This document shows, one piece after another, positions 1 to 6,338 of a stretch of DNA of 20,000 nucleotides. The position numbers were made by a program, and so were the translations under genes. The number at the start of each line of letters is the position of its first letter. Positions within the stretch are counted from its first letter, which is position 1. The notes beneath the pieces are model-generated. The model saw only the letters and a program-made list of their open reading frames with translations. It searched no databases and was not told the origin of the DNA. This DNA comes from an uncultured virus (IMG/VR IMGVR_UViG_3300040751_001717) (lineage: Duplodnaviria > Heunggongvirae > Uroviricota > Caudoviricetes): the IMG/VR virus record IMGVR_UViG_3300040751_001717; one strand, written 5' to 3'.

Positions 1-1
1 A

Positions 2-3000
2 ACTGAAAAAGAAAAAGAGTGGTTTAATAAAACTGGGGCGAATTACGGTGAGTTTTTTAGCAAAGACAGCTGGACTGCACCTATTATGACTAGAGCTGCT
101 CGAAGAAAAGCAAGAATCGGTAAGGATAAAGTTACAATGGCCGATGAGGTTCATGCTGTAGTTGATCCTGTTTTAGCTACTGTTATGACTATACCAACAG
201 GAGCAGTTGCCGGAAATGTAGGTAGAGGACTTCTTAGTGGTTATCGTGCAGCTACACCAACCGTTCTAAACGCAGGAAATACTGTAGGTAATTTTATGAA
301 TGCCCCGCTTACTGTAGGGTCAACAACACTACCGGGAGTAACTGCAAATAACCTATTAGGTGCATATGGTGCTACAGATTTTGCATTGAACCGTGCTCCT
401 GCAATACCAGGTCAGGTTCAAAGAGGAGAGTATGGAGACGCAGCATTTAATGTAGGTATGGGTGCACTAGATCTTATGGGTCTTAAATATACCGGTGCTG
501 CTAATCAATTTCTTGATACAGATTTTGCTAGAGGGGTGAGCGATTTAACTAAATATAAAACGCTTTCTAATGAAAGAACTAATGCTCAAACATTAATTAA
601 CGACTCATATAGGGATATATCAAAAGCAGACGGAGCGATAGCTGATCTAAATACCGAGCTATACAAATTAACGATACCAACTACACGATCACTTAGAAAA
701 CAAAAATTATTTACTAATCAGTCTTGGGGAGAGGATTCTTACGTAGGTCGAAGATTGCAAGCTTTAGGATATTCAGGTAATACCATCTGGGATCCTAATA
801 GTACGGGATCTCGAATGGTTCCATTTCAGAATGGTCAGATTGTTCCAGGAAATAAAAAAGGATTTGAGCTTGTAACTACTGGTTCAAATGGACTTAATAC
901 AAGTGTAACTAATCAAGGTTCCATTATTGATTTTAACACAGGACGTACACTAAAATACAATTTTAATTTTCCAGGTGGTGCTCGTACTGCTATTAGACTT
1001 ACTCCTGACGGTAATGCGCGGATGAGCGAGATTCCTAGTGTAAGTAAGTTTACTCCACCTGAAGGTCTTAGCTCTACTGTCTCTGGAAACATAAACCTGA
1101 TAGAAAATCAAATACCTGGATTTAAAGTATTTGGTAGTTCTAGAGGTGTAGCAGATGCGGGTTTACCTCACGTTCCTGGTGATTATGATGGTATTATTAC
1201 GAAAGCAAATTATGATAAAATGGTTGCTGAGGGTAAATATCCTCTTACAGACGGTTCAGGATTTGCTAAAGTACATGAGGTTGATATAAACGGAAATCTA
1301 GAAAAAATAGATTTTAATGTAATTGAAGAAACTGCAGACGGTAAACCCACAGGAAAACTTGCAGAACAACTCTATAGAAATTTAGATCCCCAAGGATACT
1401 ATGAACAAGCAGCACGTGTTACAGCAGGTGAACAGAAAGTAGTAGATATACCCTATACGGCAGATGAATTAATTGAAAAGACAAATTGGTCAGGAAGAAC
1501 AATTGCAGATGCTTTTGAAACACCGTCAGCAGGGGCAAAAGCAAAACACATTAATAGACCAGATGTTTATATAGCATATGGTGATCCAGCTAAACTTCAA
1601 GAAGGTTTTGAAACATACGCTAAAAGTTTTTTAGGTGAAAATGCAAACCTTGGACCTAAGTTTTCTGCTGAACAACTTTCCAATGTAGAGGAAAATTTAG
1701 AGCTACTCAAATCTATGCAGTATCCCGGTGACATAAATGCTATTGCAAGTTCTCCGGAAAGAATGCAAGTAGCTCTTCAGGATTACTATATTAATAAAAC
1801 TACTTTAAGTAGAGGAATTGATCGAAACCGTTTAATCGGTGGGACTGATAGACAGAATATAGAGGATGCTCTTACAGAATGGAATGTAGACGCAGGGGGT
1901 GGTAATGCAAATGGAATGGGTTTAAATAATGTTCAGTTAGGTGATAGCGGATGGGGTGATATATATAGTCATAAACAGTTTTCTATACCTACAAATAATA
2001 ATTCACCAAAAGAATTTGTAGAGAGCATTGTAAACTACACTGATGGTACAGCTCCGCTTTCTACTGGAGAAGTTAAAATTATAAGGGATATTCTTGATAA
2101 GCATGGTATTCCGAGAAGAGATCAAACTGATCTTACAGAACTTACAATGAAAAATCTGCTGACTAGTTTACCTCAAAATAAAGCAACTGAGTCCGTACTT
2201 AATGATATTGCAGAAAGAACTGGACGTAGGTATTCTATTTATAATGAGTTTGGTGATTCTCAATATGCAGGTAGTTTTGGATCATTTAATAATGACGGTG
2301 ATATTTTAGTATACGGTAATCGATATGGTGACACAGGTTTAGTACCTACAGGTAAGGGTTTACAAACAAGACTTGATAACTACAATGTAAACTCAACCTC
2401 AAATGTTAATTTCAACCCGTACGTATATAATCCTAATTTAATAAAAGCAGATTGGTATAGAGCTAGTTCACCAGGAGCTTTTGATAAAATTACAAAGCGG
2501 GCTGAGTTAACTGGTATAAACGACCAACTTACCAGTGCTAATCTAGGGCCTTCACCATTTAAAGTACAAAGAATAAAAGGCTACATTTCGGAACGAGAAG
2601 CAATGAGAGATGCTTTAGTACAACGAGCTATAGACGCAAATAGTGATATATATAACATAACTAGGAGGCTTCAGAATGCTGAGAAGCAAGGAACTAATCT
2701 AGGTATAGGTGCTGGTGTCACAGGTGCAGGATATTTTACTTACAGGGGATTGAAAGATGGAACATCAGATAATAAAAAATACGGAGGAAAACTAATACCT
2801 AGATATAGTGAGTTACCTAAAGCACAAGATGGTAAATACTTACCACCTGCTGTAAGAGATATGTATCCTAAAGAGGATCCTATATACTATGATGGTATGC
2901 TAGCTGAAACTACAGTTACTGCTCCTAAATATGACGGTCCTCAAATACGCAGAGCTTTTCCTGGTGAAACAGATCCTGTAAATACAAACTTTGAATTTGC

Positions 3001-4681
3001 AGGCGTGGATAGAACAAGTGGTCTTAGTGCGTTAAGAGGTTTAGCTAAAGGAGTTAAAAAGATAGTAGGGCTTAAAGAACCTGCTAAAACCGTAATACAA
3101 CCTTACAGTAGAAAATTAGATCAAACTTTGTATGCACCTCAAAAAGTTTATGGTAGAGGTATGCCTAATACGGATGCTGAAATGAACTTACGCGGACAAT
3201 TGGTAGAACAATATAATGCTAGAAACAACGCATATCACACGGTTAATATAACAGATGACATTAGAAATAGTGAGTATTTACGTGAGCGTGCAAAAGTTTA
3301 TGGTTATAATCCAGACAGTGATAGAGATCTTGCATTGTTCTTAGGTACTTCTCCAGGAGGTGGCGGAAGAAGAACGGGGTATGAAAACTTATTACCTGAA
3401 GGATATGATATTTTATATTCAGGTAATAACCCAATTCAAACGTATAGTAGATATGGAGATTTTACAAATAATGCTACTCCATATACAACTAAGTTTAAGT
3501 TATTTAATGACAATACTTCAATGCTTTCAGATAGACAGTTATTTGAAAGAATTCAAGCTTTAGATGGAGTTAATACATACCGACCAGATCTTAGAATAAA
3601 AACATTTAATCAAGGAGATAATATTAATGATTTAGTTCAAGGACAGATTATTAACACTAATACAGTACATGTACCTGGATTAAATCAGACTAACATGATG
3701 GTAGGTAGAACTAATGTTCCTGTAAGAGAACCTATAGATATTAGATCTGGTAGAGAGATGAATGGTTGGCCTAATGCTTTTCAATTAGGTCAAGGAGCTA
3801 ACTTTAGTAATCCTTCAGATTATGACTTCTACTTTAAACAAAAAGGAGGATCGCTCCCCTCTTATCAAGATAAGGGACAAGTAACTCAAACGCGTAGTGA
3901 AAAGGTAGGAAGAAACGAAATACCTGAGAATAAAGATTTATTTAGCAAGCATGTAATGTATCCTGCTTTATTAGAAGGTGCTGCATTTATGGATTGGTAC
4001 GGACCTAAATTAAATGAAGCCGCAGGGGATATGACACGTTATGCAAAAGAGTATTTGTATTCAAATCCAAGTACAGCTGTACCAACAGCAATTGCTCACA
4101 GTAAAGCTAATGACTGGTTATTTGAAAATGTAAGACCAGTTGCTTATCCCACTCTTCTTACAGGTGCTCTTACAGTTGCTTCAGGAATGATGGGTAATAA
4201 TGCACCACCTGCTTTAGACGCTGATGGTAATTATACAGTAGATGAAGAAGCTTGGAGAAGAGCTTTAGGTCTAAAAACTGAACCTAAATATATTTTAGAG
4301 TCTCAATATAAACCAAGTACGGCAGAAGATCCGAATGCTAAGTATTATACGATTAGTCCTTCTGTATTAGACAGACAGAAACTTGTTCAGGAAGCTCAGG
4401 CTAGAAACATGCAAGTTGGAGATAAAGCTTATATGGAATCTTTAGCACCATACATTGTAGATGGGTTCATGTCTCAAAATGAGTTCAGCGAAATCGATCC
4501 TTTACAACGATTTAAAATGAGCGTTGGTGAAGACGATAAGGGAAGGTATTTATCTATCTATGATAAGTATGATTTCAGCGGACCAGCAAATGAGTTTATC
4601 ATGCCTTATGAGTTCTATGATAGAGTATACTATAAACGAGGAGGTAAGATCCCTCGCTATACTGGAAACCTTTACCGCTAA
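2..4681 (+). CDS. Large modular phage virion-associated (cargo/polyvalent-type) protein, 5'-partial, with at least three modules separated by xxxGG motifs, including a nucleotidyltransferase-like domain
   Basis: ORF track gives 86..4681 (1531 aa), but the same frame is open from position 2 (TEKEKEWFNKTGANYGEFFSKDSWTAPI-M), so the true start lies upstream. Ends in TAA. Contains FGS-x14-DYD...IDF and KKYGG/KQKGG/YKRGG motifs. Product is inferred. Confidence 0.85.
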   Translation, partial: TEKEKEWFNKTGANYGEFFSKDSWTAPIMTRAARRKARIGKDKVTMADEVHAVVDPVLATVMTIPTGAVAGNVGRGLLSGYRAATPTVLNAGNTVGNFMNAPLTVGSTTLPGVTANNLLGAYGATDFALNRAPAIPGQVQRGEYGDAAFNVGMGALDLMGLKYTGAANQFLDTDFARGVSDLTKYKTLSNERTNAQTLINDSYRDISKADGAIADLNTELYKLTIPTTRSLRKQKLFTNQSWGEDSYVGRRLQALGYSGNTIWDPNSTGSRMVPFQNGQIVPGNKKGFELVTTGSNGLNTSVTNQGSIIDFNTGRTLKYNFNFPGGARTAIRLTPDGNARMSEIPSVSKFTPPEGLSSTVSGNINLIENQIPGFKVFGSSRGVADAGLPHVPGDYDGIITKANYDKMVAEGKYPLTDGSGFAKVHEVDINGNLEKIDFNVIEETADGKPTGKLAEQLYRNLDPQGYYEQAARVTAGEQKVVDIPYTADELIEKTNWSGRTIADAFETPSAGAKAKHINRPDVYIAYGDPAKLQEGFETYAKSFLGENANLGPKFSAEQLSNVEENLELLKSMQYPGDINAIASSPERMQVALQDYYINKTTLSRGIDRNRLIGGTDRQNIEDALTEWNVDAGGGNANGMGLNNVQLGDSGWGDIYSHKQFSIPTNNNSPKEFVESIVNYTDGTAPLSTGEVKIIRDILDKHGIPRRDQTDLTELTMKNLLTSLPQNKATESVLNDIAERTGRRYSIYNEFGDSQYAGSFGSFNNDGDILVYGNRYGDTGLVPTGKGLQTRLDNYNVNSTSNVNFNPYVYNPNLIKADWYRASSPGAFDKITKRAELTGINDQLTSANLGPSPFKVQRIKGYISEREAMRDALVQRAIDANSDIYNITRRLQNAEKQGTNLGIGAGVTGAGYFTYRGLKDGTSDNKKYGGKLIPRYSELPKAQDGKYLPPAVRDMYPKEDPIYYDGMLAETTVTAPKYDGPQIRRAFPGETDPVNTNFEFAGVDRTSGLSALRGLAKGVKKIVGLKEPAKTVIQPYSRKLDQTLYAPQKVYGRGMPNTDAEMNLRGQLVEQYNARNNAYHTVNITDDIRNSEYLRERAKVYGYNPDSDRDLALFLGTSPGGGGRRTGYENLLPEGYDILYSGNNPIQTYSRYGDFTNNATPYTTKFKLFNDNTSMLSDRQLFERIQALDGVNTYRPDLRIKTFNQGDNINDLVQGQIINTNTVHVPGLNQTNMMVGRTNVPVREPIDIRSGREMNGWPNAFQLGQGANFSNPSDYDFYFKQKGGSLPSYQDKGQVTQTRSEKVGRNEIPENKDLFSKHVMYPALLEGAAFMDWYGPKLNEAAGDMTRYAKEYLYSNPSTAVPTAIAHSKANDWLFENVRPVAYPTLLTGALTVASGMMGNNAPPALDADGNYTVDEEAWRRALGLKTEPKYILESQYKPSTAEDPNAKYYTISPSVLDRQKLVQEAQARNMQVGDKAYMESLAPYIVDGFMSQNEFSEIDPLQRFKMSVGEDDKGRYLSIYDKYDFSGPANEFIMPYEFYDRVYYKRGGKIPRYTGNLYR
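1090..1335 (+). other. Pol-beta superfamily nucleotidyltransferase-like motif region within ORF1
   Basis: KVFGSSRGVADAGLPHVPGDYDGII (GS 1133-1138, DYD 1181-1189) fits the hG[GS]x(n)Dh[DE]h signature with a slightly long spacer. A candidate third carboxylate lies in EKIDFNVI (D at 1310-1312). Confidence 0.55.
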
Positions 4682-4691
4682 AAATGGGTAT

Positions 4692-4733
4692 TCTACAGGA
4701 TTTATTGTATATTAATATGTAGAGTGTATACTC
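4692..4733 (+). promoter_or_regulatory. Putative phage promoter/regulatory site upstream of ORF2
   Basis: TTTATTGTATATT (4701-4713) resembles TTTTATGTATATT upstream of ORF4. It is flanked by the inverted pair TCTACA (4692-4697) / TGTAGA (4718-4723) and followed by the short palindrome GAGT-GTAT-ACTC (4722-4733). Confidence 0.45.
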
Positions 4734-4751
4734 AGATAATACTACCACCGA

Positions 4752-6338
4752 ATGTCTAAAAACATACCTACAAACAAGAAACTTTATGCTCGTGTAAAAG
4801 CAGAAGCTAAACGGAAGTTCGATAGATGGCCTTCTGCTTATGGTTCTGCATGGTTAGTTAAAGAGTATAAAAAGAGAGGTGGAGGTTATCGTAAAGCTGA
4901 ACAGGGTATGGAAGTACCTGATTACACAATTCCTTATATGGCAGCAGGTGGTAAAATGCCGCAGTGGTTAGCAGACGCAAGATTTGAAGCTGCAGGCAAT
5001 GAAGACAAGAAACAAGAATATGGTTATCACTTTGGTGGTATCGTAACTCCAGCAGAACAAATGCAGATGCTATCTGAAGAACAAGCATTTGTTAATCCGT
5101 TTACAGAATCTATGATGTACGGCGGAGAAGAGTACATGTATGGAGGAGAAGAAGAATATAAAAAAGGTGGTGGTATACCTCAACGCTATAAAAATAAAGG
5201 CTTCACTAAAGTTGGTGCTAAGAAAAAGTCTACACGTCCTGGTAAAAAATGGATGGTGCTTGCTAAGAAAGGTGACAAGTATAAAATTGTACACGGTGGT
5301 GATAGCAACATGAAAGACTTTAAGCAACACGGTTCAGCAAAAAGAAAGAAAAGATTCTGGGATCGAATGGGTGGAAGAGATTCTGCTAAAGCTAAAGATC
5401 CGTTCAGTCCGTTATACTGGCACAAGAGATTTGGTACCTGGGCTGAAGGTGGTGAAACGTTTAATGAAGATTCACAAGACTTCTATAGATCTGGTGGAGA
5501 AAACTGGATTAAAGAAGCTACTGATAGAATGGAAGCGAAGGGTACAGTAGGTGCTTTCACAAAACAAGCAAAGCGTGCTGGTTATGATTCTGTTCAAGCT
5601 TTTGCAAATAAAGTATTAAACAATGAGGATGACTTTACTAAGACAACGGTTAAGCGTGCTCAGTTTGCTAAAAACATGAAGGATATTGCAACTGCAAAGT
5701 TTGGAATGCAACTACCTAAGTTTCAAGGATTTGATATGTCTCAGGTACCCACTACTTCAGGTATGGGTTCTGTGTACATGCAAGATCAAGCTCTTGAAGC
5801 TGAGCTAAGTCAGTATGCACCTCCAGCTCCATTATCGATGATCAATCTACCTTCAAAGGGTATAGGTAATGTTTTTACCCCAGAATCGCCTCAGTTAATT
5901 CCTACAGAAACATTAATTGCAAAACAGCAAGCGCAATATGCAAATGCTGAAGAAGCAGCAGAAGAAACTCCGCAATCTACAGCAATGATAAACTGGGTCA
6001 ACATTGCAGGTAATGCTGCACTAGGCGCATTGGGTGGTATCGGTAGAGGAATGGAAGCTCGTAGAAGACAGGATGAAATTGCAGGAATGACTTCTGCAGA
6101 TAATGTGTTTGCTATGAACCCTCAAGGTTTACCAGGAGACAGAGGTGATTATGATGTTAACACCGGTTTCTTCCGTCCTGATGAAATGGGATTCAAAAAT
6201 GATGCACGATACTGGAACCCTTATGTTACTCAAGCTAGTACCTTTAGAGCTAAAGAAGGTGGTCAGATGGGTATGGTAGATGAACAATTATTACAAGAAC
6301 TTATTGCAGCTGGCGCTGATATTGAAATCTTAGACTAA
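4752..6338 (+). CDS. Phage virion protein / polyprotein of small basic domains separated by xxxGG motifs (528 aa)
   Basis: ORF track. Three distinct compact domains, two very Lys/Arg-rich (PTNKKLYARVKAEAKRKFDRWPSAYGS...; KKSTRPGKKWMV...HGG...DFKQH...SPLYW; NWIK...KGTVGAFTKQAKRAG...KRAQFAKN), nine xxxGG motifs, and a C-terminal EQLLQELIAAGADIEILD helix. Confidence 0.9.
   Translation: MSKNIPTNKKLYARVKAEAKRKFDRWPSAYGSAWLVKEYKKRGGGYRKAEQGMEVPDYTIPYMAAGGKMPQWLADARFEAAGNEDKKQEYGYHFGGIVTPAEQMQMLSEEQAFVNPFTESMMYGGEEYMYGGEEEYKKGGGIPQRYKNKGFTKVGAKKKSTRPGKKWMVLAKKGDKYKIVHGGDSNMKDFKQHGSAKRKKRFWDRMGGRDSAKAKDPFSPLYWHKRFGTWAEGGETFNEDSQDFYRSGGENWIKEATDRMEAKGTVGAFTKQAKRAGYDSVQAFANKVLNNEDDFTKTTVKRAQFAKNMKDIATAKFGMQLPKFQGFDMSQVPTTSGMGSVYMQDQALEAELSQYAPPAPLSMINLPSKGIGNVFTPESPQLIPTETLIAKQQAQYANAEEAAEETPQSTAMINWVNIAGNAALGALGGIGRGMEARRRQDEIAGMTSADNVFAMNPQGLPGDRGDYDVNTGFFRPDEMGFKNDARYWNPYVTQASTFRAKEGGQMGMVDEQLLQELIAAGADIEILD
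5115..5174 (+). repeat. Short in-frame tandem repeat encoding MYGGEEY-MYGGEEE-YKKGGG
   Basis: 21-nt units ATGTACGGCGGAGAAGAGTAC (5115-5135) and ATGTATGGAGGAGAAGAAGAA (5136-5156), followed by TATAAAAAAGGTGGTGGT. Confidence 0.75.

Noticed and set aside
86..88. ATG at 86 as the start of ORF1
   Set aside because: The frame is open back to position 2 with protein-like sequence and no intergenic gap, so the gene is truncated by the window edge.
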